DNA from: Oligoflexales bacterium
GTDB lineage: Bacteria > Bdellovibrionota_B > Oligoflexia > Oligoflexales > Bog-1112
Length of the DNA stretch: 64,000 nucleotides
Direction: 5' to 3'
NCBI GenBank assembly: GCA_045106415.1
Contig: JBGCEP010000010.1
Coordinates: 72,091 to 136,090 of the forward strand
In this document: piece after piece, positions 19,667 through 30,178 of the stretch
Layout: every line of letters begins with the position of its first letter
Position numbering within the stretch: the stretch's first letter is position 1
Position numbers and translations under genes: made by a program
Notes under the pieces: model-generated
Database searches by the model: none
Told to the model about the DNA's origin: nothing
What the model saw: the letters and a program-made list of their open reading frames with translations, nothing else

Positions 19667-21220
19667 ATGACAAACTTTAAAATTTTTACTTTTTGTTTTT
19701 TGGCAATGTCTGCACAGATTGTTGTGAGCCAAGATTACTGCATTGCTGTGCGTGGAAATGCAGATCGTGCTTTGGCTCATTACGGAGCACTTGGGCGAGC
19801 GATAGAGAATTTTGGAGTTCCTAGTCAAATGGCAGGGTCAAGTTCTGCATCTTTGGCTATGCTTGTGGTTGAGAGTGCTATGATTAACCCAGCGACTCAT
19901 CACTGTTACGGACGGCGTTGTACTGAAGAAGAACGTCGGATGAGAGTTGCTTTTCTTGTGAAGTCCGTGCCGTGGTTGATGGAGGATTTTTGGGACTCTC
20001 AAGCAGGTTTTCATGCAAAACAAGCTCAGGCTTACGCTGTAAAACATAAGCATTCTTCGAACGTTTGGGGACAGTTTCAGATGTTTAGGCATGTGCGAGA
20101 AATTTTTAGATCTCCTCTTTTTAAAGGTGTTTTAAATGCAGAATGGTTTAAAGTTAAACATTTTTGGCATCACCCCCAAAGACATATTCGAGAATTGTTT
20201 CGCGGTTTAGAAAAGCTTGATGATTTTGAAATTTGGGATCAAAGTGTTTTTGTTCGCCCTGGGCTCATCCATTGGGGTAAGGTTCTTCAAAATCTGAGTT
20301 CATATATGGATTTTATTGCTGGTTACGATATGGATGAGAGCCAAAAACTTAAAGCGCAAGAAGCAATTTCTTTTTGTGCTGAGAATTCTTTTGGGCGTCA
20401 TTGGTATGAATTGAGCCAAAAAAGATTAGACGAGGAGCATACCTGTAGAGACCTTTGGGCTAATCTCTGGGAAGATTGGAATCAGAAATCATGTCCAAAT
20501 CACCATAGCCGTCTTGACGATAAGGTTGGAGATTTTTTACCTTCTTATGTTGGTGTCGGTTTTCTTCCTGGTTATAAACAAGTCCGAAATTTTAAAAAGT
20601 CATTTCATCGTTTTAAACGTGGTAAGCCATATCTTTTTGATGCTCGTTTTGAAAATTTACAGGTTGGCTATTGGGGAGAAGAGTCACGGTTGCAAAAAAT
20701 TATGCGGAACCCGATGGGATTTGATGACCCTAAAACAAAACGATTTTACTCCTTAGGGCAGTCCTCGTGGAGAGAAGCAGCTGTGCGTAGTATGAGTGAA
20801 CCAGGCCTCGCTCAAGCGATGCCTCTTGGGCGAAGAGGCTTAACGATTGGCGGTTGGGCAGAAATGGAACCTGTACAAGTTTTGCGAAATGCAGGATGTG
20901 AAAAAGTTTTGTTTCTGACTCGCGAGGGCGCAGAATCTCCAGGGGCAATAGCGATCGCGGGTGTTTTAGGTATGACAGATACTGAAAAAAAAGATTGGTT
21001 TTCTCTTAATCAGAATAGTGTGATGACAAAAGCCCTAGAGTTATCTGACGCTGTATGGTGTGCCAATTGGGAAAAAGAGTATGAGTATCCAAAGGAGCTC
21101 TATGAAGACGCTTGGTCTTCCCCGATTTTTTTCAATGGCTTGTTGCAGCCAAAGGACTCGAGATTAATCTCAAGTGAGAAACCTATTTGTGGGTGTGTTC
21201 CTTTTTATAAGCCATCTTAA
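19667..21220 (+). CDS. Secreted hypothetical protein, possibly divergent patatin-like fold
   Basis: Signal peptide; AVRGNA and AGSSSAS segments. Confidence 0.4.
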   Translation: MTNFKIFTFCFLAMSAQIVVSQDYCIAVRGNADRALAHYGALGRAIENFGVPSQMAGSSSASLAMLVVESAMINPATHHCYGRRCTEEERRMRVAFLVKSVPWLMEDFWDSQAGFHAKQAQAYAVKHKHSSNVWGQFQMFRHVREIFRSPLFKGVLNAEWFKVKHFWHHPQRHIRELFRGLEKLDDFEIWDQSVFVRPGLIHWGKVLQNLSSYMDFIAGYDMDESQKLKAQEAISFCAENSFGRHWYELSQKRLDEEHTCRDLWANLWEDWNQKSCPNHHSRLDDKVGDFLPSYVGVGFLPGYKQVRNFKKSFHRFKRGKPYLFDARFENLQVGYWGEESRLQKIMRNPMGFDDPKTKRFYSLGQSSWREAAVRSMSEPGLAQAMPLGRRGLTIGGWAEMEPVQVLRNAGCEKVLFLTREGAESPGAIAIAGVLGMTDTEKKDWFSLNQNSVMTKALELSDAVWCANWEKEYEYPKELYEDAWSSPIFFNGLLQPKDSRLISSEKPICGCVPFYKPS

Positions 21221-22404
21221 CTGATGACCCATGCCCAGAACTGTTGCCATTCATACCAGAGTGTTGTCCCGAAAATAAGGGTGAGGATACTTAGTCCTAT
21301 TTTGATCGGTAGAGGCATGTTTTTAGCTTTACGGTATAAAACAACAGTCATAAGAATTGGGATGAAGCCGTTGAGTATAGAGTCTCCAATTCCACCTGTT
21401 GTATCTAAGGCGATGACAAAGGCTCTTTTGTGGACTGTAGCGAAATAAAAGCATGGAAGAGAGATTCCAAGTCCAATAGAAATTCTTTGTCGAATTGTTG
21501 GTGTTTTGATTTCAAAGTGATCTACGAGAAAATCAAATAAACCAAGACCAATACCGAGAAAGCTTGTAATGAGACCGAGGAAACCAAAAGTACTCGCAGT
21601 CCAATGAATCCATTGTAAGTTTTCGTTTTGTCCTAAAAATTCAGTAGCGACGGACCCGTTTTCCCAAGCTTGTCTAAGGATTTCAGGAGGCATTAGGCCA
21701 AGAACAAAGATTTGCCAAATTACATAAATAACAAGTGCTATGGTTGTGCCTAAAACAACAGCTGTATTTAGAGATTTTCTATCGTAATTTAATAAAGGAG
21801 GTAAACTAGGAACCATGGTTTGAAAGCTAAAAGCTGTGAGTAAAAGAGGCATGGCCTCAGTGAGTCCACTCCATTGTGAGTACTCAAAGTGTTCGACTTG
21901 AATAGCACCTATGCCTGAAAAAATAAGAGCAATCCAAGCCATAATCATAAGAATAAATAAAATATCGTTTAAACGTGTGAGTCGGTGTGCTCCACTTGAA
22001 ATAAGAGGCCCGAAAAAAAGTAAGAATAGACCAGCTCCGATAAGGGAGTTTTCTTGGAGGGTGCTTGGAAGCAAGTTCTGTAATTGTGAACCCCCAGCAG
22101 CTGTGTAAGCGACAAGAGAGGCGTAGCCAATAAATAGATATAAGGCTCGAGCAATCCAAGCCCCCTTTGATCCTAGCCAATACTCGACAAGAGAAATCAT
22201 ATGGCCTTCTCGAACAGGCATTGCGAGGGTGGCTTGAATAAACAGAAGTGCTGTGGCTGTCATGGCGAGCCATGCTGTAACCATAACAAAAAGAGAGGGA
22301 TAGAGCCCGATATTCCAAGCAGCAAGAGGCATGGCTAACATACCTCCTCCCATGCATGTGCCGGCGATAAGAAAGGCAGCTGATATCGTAGAACCAATGT
22401 TCAT
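21217..22404 (-). CDS. Aromatic amino acid permease (TyrP/Mtr family)
   Basis: LIAGTCMGGGMLAMP, FSFQTMVPSL, TSFLGIGLGLFDFL; about 11 TM. Confidence 0.88.
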   Translation of the reverse strand: MNIGSTISAAFLIAGTCMGGGMLAMPLAAWNIGLYPSLFVMVTAWLAMTATALLFIQATLAMPVREGHMISLVEYWLGSKGAWIARALYLFIGYASLVAYTAAGGSQLQNLLPSTLQENSLIGAGLFLLFFGPLISSGAHRLTRLNDILFILMIMAWIALIFSGIGAIQVEHFEYSQWSGLTEAMPLLLTAFSFQTMVPSLPPLLNYDRKSLNTAVVLGTTIALVIYVIWQIFVLGLMPPEILRQAWENGSVATEFLGQNENLQWIHWTASTFGFLGLITSFLGIGLGLFDFLVDHFEIKTPTIRQRISIGLGISLPCFYFATVHKRAFVIALDTTGGIGDSILNGFIPILMTVVLYRKAKNMPLPIKIGLSILTLIFGTTLWYEWQQFWAWVIS

Positions 22405-22557
22405 AAAGACTCCGAGTTGGTGGGCTCAAAAAAGGTGACTGAGCATGTCAGAGGTTTTTAAAGAACCGCTGATGTTTGTTCTAGTTACCGCAACTCTCTA
22501 GCACAATCAACCAAAGTCTGCTACAAACTGTTATCGGTGTGAAATGAGGTTGTCCGA

Positions 22558-23352
22558 TTGGTTGACTTTTTAGAACAAAAAATCTGGTTTTTTCTCCTGA
22601 TTATGTCTTGTGTGGTTGTGGTTACAGCCGCTTGTCATAGGCAGAGTGCTCTTGATGATTTGAATGATGTTCAAATTTTTAAAAACTCTGTAGAACTGAC
22701 GACAGATATGGGTCAATCGAGCCTTAGTGACGATGTTTGTTTTGAAGAGACAAGCTGGAGCTTCTGGGAAGAAACTCACCTCCAAGGACTTAGTCCGTTA
22801 TTACAAGCTTTAGAAACGCAGACAAGAGATGATCTGATTCGTGAAGCCAGGCGCTATGGACGTAAAAATCGCGGTAAAGGCCGTTGCCTTCGAGGGTTTC
22901 GTCATGCTTTAAGTCGAGTGATGAAAGTGAGGCCTTTTTACTCTTTTCATCAGCTTCCTCAGGACTTAGGGAATCCACCTCTACGTTGGAAAGAAAGTCC
23001 AGGTAAATCAGCTGACTTGTTTTTAAAATGGGCAAAGAAAAATCCTGTAAGTTTGTGTCGAAACTTAGGATTGGCAGACGTAACAACTTTAGTTGATGGT
23101 CACTTGAGCCCAGGCCAAGTGGCATTGTATCAGCGGGGACGTTGTGGGTATCATCGTCTTCATGGTCATATTGAAGTGATGGTTTCAGAAAACGAAATGT
23201 GTTCTGATCACTGCAGGACTGTGAAAAAAGGTCGAGTCTGTCACCCGGACATGGTTCTTGCGCCTGTTAAGGATTGTTCATGGCTTTTGTTAAAAGATTC
23301 CCTTGTTTCAAGTTATAATTCAGCGGGCTCTGCATCTCCACAGTTGATGTGA
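22558..23352 (+). CDS. Exported protein with putative Cys-His amidase (NlpC/P60/CHAP-like) domain
   Basis: Lipobox-like TAAC; GRCLRGFRHAL and HGHIEV. Confidence 0.45.
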   Translation: MVDFLEQKIWFFLLIMSCVVVVTAACHRQSALDDLNDVQIFKNSVELTTDMGQSSLSDDVCFEETSWSFWEETHLQGLSPLLQALETQTRDDLIREARRYGRKNRGKGRCLRGFRHALSRVMKVRPFYSFHQLPQDLGNPPLRWKESPGKSADLFLKWAKKNPVSLCRNLGLADVTTLVDGHLSPGQVALYQRGRCGYHRLHGHIEVMVSENEMCSDHCRTVKKGRVCHPDMVLAPVKDCSWLLLKDSLVSSYNSAGSASPQLM

Positions 23353-23735
23353 GATGAAGGTAGCAAGCTAAAATTTGATTCTTTAAAGCCTCTTCTTATA
23401 AATAGATAAAGACAAAATGCCTTCCTTCAAGAATAGACTTCCTATGGACTGATCTATAAAAATATGGTGATGTTTATTGATGTGGGAGCAGTCTACATAT
23501 AAAATTCAGATGATGTAAGATGATACAGTATTTTCCATCTTTAGATTGAATTGAAGGTGGTTATGGATCTTGCGTAGTCTCGTTTTTATCATATTACTGT
23601 GCTTGATGTGTCATTTAAAAACGTGCTGAAATGGTTTCTGAAAGAAAGTGTTTGTTGTCTTGTTTTTGTATCTAAGATGAAAAGTGATTCACAGCTTGTA
23701 TGAAACAGACTGTTAACTGTGTTGAATAAAGGAAA

Positions 23736-24173
23736 ATGAGAATGAATTCATATGTGTCAGCCTTAACTGGAGGCTTTATAATTGGATTTTCTGCATCGCT
23801 GTTCCTTCTTTTTAAAGGTAGGGTTTTTGGTGTTTCAGGAATTATAGGAGGAATCGTAAGGCCTGTGTCAGAAGATGTGCTTTGGCGTGTCGTGATTTTA
23901 TTAGGGCTGATTTCAGGTGGTTTTCTAACTCTTGTTTTTTTCCCAGAGGCGTTTCCGAAAAAATATTCTGGGGGAATTTTAGAACTGATTGTTGCTGGTT
24001 TTCTTGTTGGATTTGGCACTCAACTGGGAGAAGGCTGTACGAGCGGACACGGTGTTTGTGGGGTGAGCCGTTTGTCTGTGCGCTCTATGATAGCAACAAC
24101 TACTTTTATCGTATTTGGTGTTCTGACTGTTTTTTTCTTTCATGGTGGAGGAGGGCGTGCGATATCTGACTGA
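23736..24173 (+). CDS. YeeE/YedE family sulfur transporter subunit
   Basis: GRVFGVSGI and [10 protein letters not shown]. Confidence 0.9.
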   Translation: MRMNSYVSALTGGFIIGFSASLFLLFKGRVFGVSGIIGGIVRPVSEDVLWRVVILLGLISGGFLTLVFFPEAFPKKYSGGILELIVAGFLVGFGTQLGEGCTSGHGVCGVSRLSVRSMIATTTFIVFGVLTVFFFHGGGGRAISD

Positions 24174-24588
24174 GTATTTAAGTGGGGTGTTGTTTGGTTT
24201 AGGATTAGGAGTGTCAGGCATGACGAACCCTGATTATGTTATTGGTTTTCTTGATTTTTTTGGTCTCTGGAAACCAGAGCTTATTTTTGTCATGGTTGGA
24301 GCTATCGCTTGTCATGGTTTTGCGTATTTTTTTATCACTAAACGTCAATCCCCACTTCTTTTTAATCATTTTATTTTATCAACAAAAAGAGCTGTTGATC
24401 TACGGCTCATTGTCGGGTCAGCTCTTTTTGGTATTGGTTGGGGACTTGCGGGTTATTGCCCAGGTCCAGCAATTGTTTCTTTAGTGAGTTGTAGCTATCC
24501 AGCTTTTATTTTTATAAGCTCAATGATTGGTGGCATGATAGTGTTTCACTATGTATTTAAGCCTTTAGCACTAGGGGGTAAGCGATGA
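24157..24588 (+). CDS. YeeE/YedE family partner subunit
   Basis: FGLGLGVSGMTNP, GFLDF, FGIGWGLAGYCPGP. Confidence 0.9.
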   Translation: MRYLTEYLSGVLFGLGLGVSGMTNPDYVIGFLDFFGLWKPELIFVMVGAIACHGFAYFFITKRQSPLLFNHFILSTKRAVDLRLIVGSALFGIGWGLAGYCPGPAIVSLVSCSYPAFIFISSMIGGMIVFHYVFKPLALGGKR

Positions 24589-25442
24589 AGGTGAAACACC
24601 TGTTTGATAAAACGACATGCACCCTGACCTATATCGTTTTTGATGAAATCTCAAAAGATGCAGTGATTATTGACCCTGTACTTGACTATGACCCAGCAGA
24701 TGGAGCTGTGACAAAGGAGTCAATCACCAAACTTCTCAACGAAGTCAACGATCTAGGGCTCAGAGTTTGGATGATTTTGGAAACACATGTTCATGCTGAT
24801 CATCTTTCCTCTTCTCAGCTTTTGAAAAAGAAATTTCCGGACGCTGTTCTTGCTATAGGAAAAAATATCTGCACTGTTCAAAATATGTTTAAATCTGTTT
24901 TTAATCTGGGAAATGATTTTAAAACCGATGGATCTCAATTTGATCGTCTCTTTAGTGACGGGGAAACCGTCACAGCAGGGTCACTCCAATTTCAAGTTCT
25001 ATTTACTCCTGGGCATACCCCAGCGTGTGTAAGCTATTTATTTGATGGTGCTGTTTTCACAGGAGATGTTCTTTTCATGCCAGATTACGGCACTGGGCGA
25101 TGTGATTTTCCTGCAGGGTGTGCGCAAAGCCTTTATAAGTCTATCTATGACATCCTGTATCAATTACCAGATGCTACAGATGTGTATGTTGGGCATGATT
25201 ATATGCCAGGTGGGCGAGATCTTGCTTATAAGACTACGATAAGCGAAGAAAAAGAAAAAAATATTCACTTAAAAAAAACAACTTCAGAGAGTAGCTTTGT
25301 TGAAATGCGACGAAATCGTGATAAAACGCTGCATGCACCAAAGCTTTTGTTTCCAAGTGTTCAAGTGAATATGAGCGCTGGATCTTTTCCTGATCCTGAA
25401 AAAAACGGCTCAGTGTACCTTGTGACGCCTGTTAAGTTTTGA
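24585..25442 (+). CDS. MBL-fold persulfide dioxygenase (ETHE1/Blh-like)
   Basis: ETHVHADHLS, TPGHTPAC, GTGRCDFP, GHDY. Confidence 0.88.
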   Translation: MKVKHLFDKTTCTLTYIVFDEISKDAVIIDPVLDYDPADGAVTKESITKLLNEVNDLGLRVWMILETHVHADHLSSSQLLKKKFPDAVLAIGKNICTVQNMFKSVFNLGNDFKTDGSQFDRLFSDGETVTAGSLQFQVLFTPGHTPACVSYLFDGAVFTGDVLFMPDYGTGRCDFPAGCAQSLYKSIYDILYQLPDATDVYVGHDYMPGGRDLAYKTTISEEKEKNIHLKKTTSESSFVEMRRNRDKTLHAPKLLFPSVQVNMSAGSFPDPEKNGSVYLVTPVKF

Positions 25443-25489
25443 CCCATAAAGAATAAGTAGTAAAAAGCTCATTCTTTATGGGTTTTTTT
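25442..25489. terminator. Hairpin between convergent PDO gene and clpB
   Basis: ACCCATAAAGAAT ... ATTCTTTATGGGT then a T run. Confidence 0.7.
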
Positions 25490-27599
25490 AATCAGCTTCA
25501 ATATGAAATGAGTTGTTCTTAAAGTCGATGGAGTAATTTTCCCCGTGATCTTTAAGAATGATCTCAGCTAGTGGTGATTCTATTTGTTTTTGTAGATGTC
25601 TTTTTAAAGGCCTTGCTCCATAAATAGGGTCGTAGCTCTGTGCTGCAATTTCTTTTAGTGCTTTTGATGAAATATTAAGATTTATTTTTTGATTTTTAAG
25701 TCTTTTGGATAATTTGTTGGTGAAAATTTCGGTAATTGCAAGCATGTCCTCTGGCTGCAGAGGTCGAAAAAAGATGACGTCATCTAAGCGGTTTAAAAAC
25801 TCTGGTTTGAAGTAAGAGTTTAACTCTTGATAGACTTGTTTTTGAACCTCATGTGTGATGTTTTGACCGGAAGATTGTAGTAAAAAATCTGATCCAATAT
25901 TGCTTGTCATAATAATGATAGTGTTCTTAAAGTTAACAGTTCGTCCTTGGCTATCTGTAAGGTGTCCATCGTCAAGTACTTGCAGTAAGATGTTTAGAAC
26001 GTCATGATGTGCTTTCTCAATCTCATCTAAAAGAATGACTGACCAGGGGTTGCGGCGAACAGTCTCAGTGAGTTGTCCGCCTTCTTCGTGGCCAATGTAT
26101 CCTGGAGGGGATCCAATAAGTCGAGAAACGCTATGTTTTTCCATGTATTCAGACATATCGATGCGGACGAGCTTTTTCTCGGAATCGCACAAATGGTAGG
26201 TTAGATTCTTGGCTAACTCTGTTTTTCCGACACCTGTTGGCCCTAAGAAAAGAAATGAGCCGATTGGCTTGTCAGGGTCTGTGATGCCAGCGCGTGATCT
26301 TAGAATTGCATCGCTGACTTGTTGTATGGCGTGTTCTTGTCCTATGACACGATTTTGAAGTTGTTTTCGGAGTTGTAGAATTTTTTCTTTTTCGTTTTTA
26401 TGTAGTTTTTGGACGGGAATTTGAGTCCAGCGGCTGACGATGTCTGCGATGACCTCAGCATTAACTTCTTCTTTTAAAAATCGTTTTTCATTTTTATCTT
26501 GACTTGCTTTGAGGAGCTCTTGTTCTAGGTTTGGGATCTCTCCGTGTCTTAAAATTGCAATTTTTTCTAAGTCATAGTTTCTTTCAGCAAGAGAAAGCTC
26601 TTTTTTCTTTTGGTCAATTTTTTTTCTGAGATCGTGGACTTTATGAACGACTTCTTTTTCTTTTTTCCATATTTTTTGCATACTCTCGATGTTCCGATGC
26701 AAGATTTGTAGATCAGAACGAATTGTGTGGAGTCTCTCATTTTTTGGTATATTGTTTTTACTTAAAGCTTTTTCTTCTGCTTGTAGGCGGAGCCGTTCTC
26801 TGATTGATTCATCAAGTTCAGTAGGCATCGAATCGATCTGTAGACGAATTTGAGCACAAGCTTCATCTATGAGATCAATGGCCTTATCTGGTAAGAATCG
26901 ATCTGTAATATAACGCTCCGATAACTGTACGGCTGCGATAAGAGCTTCGTCAAAAATCTCCACGCCATGATATGCTTCAAAACGTTCTTTTAGGCCTCGA
27001 AGAATTGCAATAGCGTCTAAAGTATTTGGCTCGTGGATCATGACCTTTTGAAACCGTCGTTCGAGAGCAGTGTCTTTTTCGATGAATTCACGGTACTCAT
27101 TGAGTGTTGTTGCACCAATACAACGAATCTCTCCTCGTGCAAGTTTTGGTTTGAGCATATTGCCTGCATCGATGGAGCCTTCTGTTTTTCCTGCGCCGAC
27201 AAGAGTATGGATTTCATCGATGAAAACGATCACTTGTCCATTTGAGGATTCGATGTCTTTGAGGATACCTTGAAGGCGTTCTTCAAACTCACCTCGGTAT
27301 TTTGCACCAGCTAAAAGTGATGAAAGCTCAATGCTGAAAATAGATTTGTTCTTAAGCCCTTCTGGGACATCGTTACGTATGATTCTTTCTGCTAGCCCTT
27401 CAATGATAGCAGTTTTCCCCACCCCTGGTTCACCAATGAGGACAGGGTTGTTTTTGGTTTTTCTAGATAGGATTTGCATCACGCGGCGGACTTCTTGGTG
27501 CCGGCCAATGACTGGATCAAGTCTTCCTTCTGCGGCCTGAGCTGTTAAATTGGTGCCAAAGGCTTCCAAATGTTCAAAGTTTTGGTTTTGATGATTCAT
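25488..27599 (-). CDS. clpB: ClpB disaggregase lacking the N-terminal domain
   Basis: NBD1 [18 protein letters not shown], coiled-coil M domain, NBD2 [20 protein letters not shown] before the ATG. Confidence 0.92.
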   Translation of the reverse strand: MNHQNQNFEHLEAFGTNLTAQAAEGRLDPVIGRHQEVRRVMQILSRKTKNNPVLIGEPGVGKTAIIEGLAERIIRNDVPEGLKNKSIFSIELSSLLAGAKYRGEFEERLQGILKDIESSNGQVIVFIDEIHTLVGAGKTEGSIDAGNMLKPKLARGEIRCIGATTLNEYREFIEKDTALERRFQKVMIHEPNTLDAIAILRGLKERFEAYHGVEIFDEALIAAVQLSERYITDRFLPDKAIDLIDEACAQIRLQIDSMPTELDESIRERLRLQAEEKALSKNNIPKNERLHTIRSDLQILHRNIESMQKIWKKEKEVVHKVHDLRKKIDQKKKELSLAERNYDLEKIAILRHGEIPNLEQELLKASQDKNEKRFLKEEVNAEVIADIVSRWTQIPVQKLHKNEKEKILQLRKQLQNRVIGQEHAIQQVSDAILRSRAGITDPDKPIGSFLFLGPTGVGKTELAKNLTYHLCDSEKKLVRIDMSEYMEKHSVSRLIGSPPGYIGHEEGGQLTETVRRNPWSVILLDEIEKAHHDVLNILLQVLDDGHLTDSQGRTVNFKNTIIIMTSNIGSDFLLQSSGQNITHEVQKQVYQELNSYFKPEFLNRLDDVIFFRPLQPEDMLAITEIFTNKLSKRLKNQKINLNISSKALKEIAAQSYDPIYGARPLKRHLQKQIESPLAEIILKDHGENYSIDFKNNSFHIEAD

Positions 27600-27639
27600 A
27601 AATGCCTCCAGGTAAGAAAGAAGATCTTTTCTACTGGGA

Positions 27640-27667
27640 ACATAAGTTCAAAACGCACTTTGTCAAG
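27640..27667 (-). promoter_or_regulatory. RpoH (sigma32)-like promoter for clpB
   Basis: Minus strand reads CTTG-N17-CTTATGT, fitting CTTG-N17-CYTATNT, 40 nt upstream of a heat-shock gene. Confidence 0.55.
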
Positions 27668-27986
27668 GTTTTAAGTCTTTTATGACTTTTTGTTTTGTCG
27701 AGCATGAGAGTTTTTAGGTTTTTATGATGTGTTTATAAAAATGAATAATAAAGTTTTTACTGTAAATATATTGAGTCATGATGTTTTTTCTTACAAAGAA
27801 GGATGTGAACCAAGTTGATGATGTGAATGTATTGTTCATTTTAAAAAGTATGAAATAAGGTTGCACAAAAACAGAGTGTGAGTTGTTGTGCTGAGGTCTT
27901 GTTGAGAAGAATTTTTCTCTTAGATTTTAAGCCTATGGCTAGAATATGATATAAGGGGTTACTGTGAAAAGAGAAAAGGTTGGGCG

Positions 27987-29147
27987 ATGGCTTTTGTTGA
28001 GGATTGTGCCAGAATTTATAAAGATGTTTATCAAACAGATCAGTGGATTGCTCTTCATGAACCATGGTTCGGAGGGCGGGAGAAAGAGTATGTCTTAGAC
28101 TGTGTGCAAACACGCTGGGTGTCTTCAGTAGGGGCCTATGTTGACCGTTTTCAGAAAGAGCTTGCGGAGTATACTGGGGCTCCATTTTGTATTCCTACAA
28201 GTTCAGGAACAACAGCTCTGCACCTTTCTCTGTTGGGTCTTGAGGTTGGACACAATGACCTGGTGATCTGCCAAGATCTTACTTTTGTTGCAACTGCTGC
28301 TGCGATTTGTCACAGTGGAGCAGAGCCTCTTTTTTTAGACGTTGAGTCACAATCGATGTCTCTTTGTCCCAAAACCCTTGAGCGCTACTTAGAGACGCAA
28401 ACGACTTTAGATACCAAGGGTATCCGTAGAGACCTGGCAACTCAGAAAAGAGTTGCAGCATGCATGGTGATGCATACAGTGGGATTTGCAGCGCAGATCC
28501 AAGATATCAAAAATATTTGTGAAAACTACCAGGTTCTTCTTCTCGAAGATGCTGCAGAAGCTCTAGGATCAAGTGTTGATAATCGAATGTGTGGAACCTG
28601 GGGACAAGCTGGGATTTATAGTTTTAATGGAAATAAAGTCATGACGGCTGGTGGGGGAGGGGCTTTAGTTACACACGATGAAACGCTCGCTAAGAAATGT
28701 CACCATTTAGCTACAACTGCGAAAATTCCTCACCCGTGGAAATATGAGCATGATGACATCGGGTTTAATTATCGTATGCCAAATTTGAATGCAGCTTTAG
28801 CTGTGGCGCAATTAGAAAATTTAGACGTTATTTTGCAGAAGAAAAAAGAACAAGGTCAAAAAATTTTATGTGAACTAGAAACTTGTGGGTATCCAGTCGT
28901 GTACCCTCCCAGTGGTGATTGGAACTTCTGGTTTCTTATGGTGCGCTGTCCTCAAGAAAAGCAAGAAGAATGGATTCAAAACCTTGCTCATATGAACGTT
29001 ATGGCAAGGCCTCTGTGGCAGCCTGTTAGTTCTATGAAACCGTATGAAAAATATCCTAAGCCTTGGCAAACAACGCAAAGCCTTAGGTTGTCAAAAGAAA
29101 TACTATGTTTGCCAAACGGTATCCCTACTCATGATTCATTGAAATAA
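27987..29147 (+). CDS. legC: LegC-family sugar aminotransferase (DegT/DnrJ)
   Basis: IALHEP, WVSSVG, EDAAEALGS, SFNGNK, NYRMPNLNAAL. Confidence 0.88.
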   Translation: MAFVEDCARIYKDVYQTDQWIALHEPWFGGREKEYVLDCVQTRWVSSVGAYVDRFQKELAEYTGAPFCIPTSSGTTALHLSLLGLEVGHNDLVICQDLTFVATAAAICHSGAEPLFLDVESQSMSLCPKTLERYLETQTTLDTKGIRRDLATQKRVAACMVMHTVGFAAQIQDIKNICENYQVLLLEDAAEALGSSVDNRMCGTWGQAGIYSFNGNKVMTAGGGGALVTHDETLAKKCHHLATTAKIPHPWKYEHDDIGFNYRMPNLNAALAVAQLENLDVILQKKKEQGQKILCELETCGYPVVYPPSGDWNFWFLMVRCPQEKQEEWIQNLAHMNVMARPLWQPVSSMKPYEKYPKPWQTTQSLRLSKEILCLPNGIPTHDSLK

Positions 29148-29157
29148 GGAATAGGTC

Positions 29158-30159
29158 ATGGAACAGCAAAAAGTTGCAGTTACAGGAGCGTGTGGGTTTA
29201 TAGGCTCGCATTTAGTGGAACAGCTTGTTCAAGAAGGCTTCGCAGTGAAAGCACTTGTCTATTACAACTCACTAGGAACGAGAGGGTGGCTTGATACGTT
29301 AGACAAGTCTGTACTTGATTCCGTTGAAGTGGTAGCAGGTGATGTTCGCGATGCAGGCTGTATGGAAGCTTTTATCGATAAAGATATTGAAACTGTGTAC
29401 CATCTTGCTTCGCTTATTGCGATTCCTTATTCTTACCAAGCACCACAGAGCTATATTGATACTAACGTTACAGGTACTTTGAATGTCATGAAAGCCGCAC
29501 AAAGAGCTGGAGTGAAAAAAGTTCTACATACTTCAACGAGTGAAGTTTATGGAACAGCGCAGTTTGTTCCTATTACTGAAGAACACCCTTTACAGGGACA
29601 ATCCCCATATTCAGCTTCAAAAATTGGGGCTGATCAAATGGCTTGGTCGTACTTTTGTTCTTTTGAAACACCTGTGGCTATTGCGCGTCCTTTTAACACA
29701 TATGGGCCGAGACAATCGATGCGAGCTGTTATTCCAACAATGATTATGCAAGCTTTTGATGAAAAAGAAGTTATGAGTTTAGGGGCCATGAACCCGACGC
29801 GAGACTTTAATTTTGTAACTGACACCGCTCGTGGAATGATAGCTATTGCTCAAAGTGAGCAATGCACAGGAAAAGTTGTCAATATTGGCAGTAATTTTGA
29901 AGTCTCTATACAAGAAACTTTGGAGCTTATTTTTGGTATCGCAGGTCGAGAAAAAGAAACAAAACAGGACTCCAATAGAATGAGACCCGATCGTTCTGAA
30001 GTTCAAAGGCTTTGGGCTGATAATTCTCGTATTAAAGAGCTCACAAACTGGACTCCTGAATATGGAGGCCAAGAAGGTTTTCGTAGAGGCTTAGAGAGAA
30101 CAATGGAATGGTTTCATGCGCATCAACATCTCTATAGAGCTCATGAATATCACGTGTAA
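29158..30159 (+). CDS. legB: LegB-like NAD-dependent 4,6-dehydratase
   Basis: GACGFIGSHL, LIAIPYSY, TSTSEVYG, YSASK. Confidence 0.88.
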   Translation: MEQQKVAVTGACGFIGSHLVEQLVQEGFAVKALVYYNSLGTRGWLDTLDKSVLDSVEVVAGDVRDAGCMEAFIDKDIETVYHLASLIAIPYSYQAPQSYIDTNVTGTLNVMKAAQRAGVKKVLHTSTSEVYGTAQFVPITEEHPLQGQSPYSASKIGADQMAWSYFCSFETPVAIARPFNTYGPRQSMRAVIPTMIMQAFDEKEVMSLGAMNPTRDFNFVTDTARGMIAIAQSEQCTGKVVNIGSNFEVSIQETLELIFGIAGREKETKQDSNRMRPDRSEVQRLWADNSRIKELTNWTPEYGGQEGFRRGLERTMEWFHAHQHLYRAHEYHV

Positions 30160-30178
30160 GATTCAAGAGGAGAGACCT

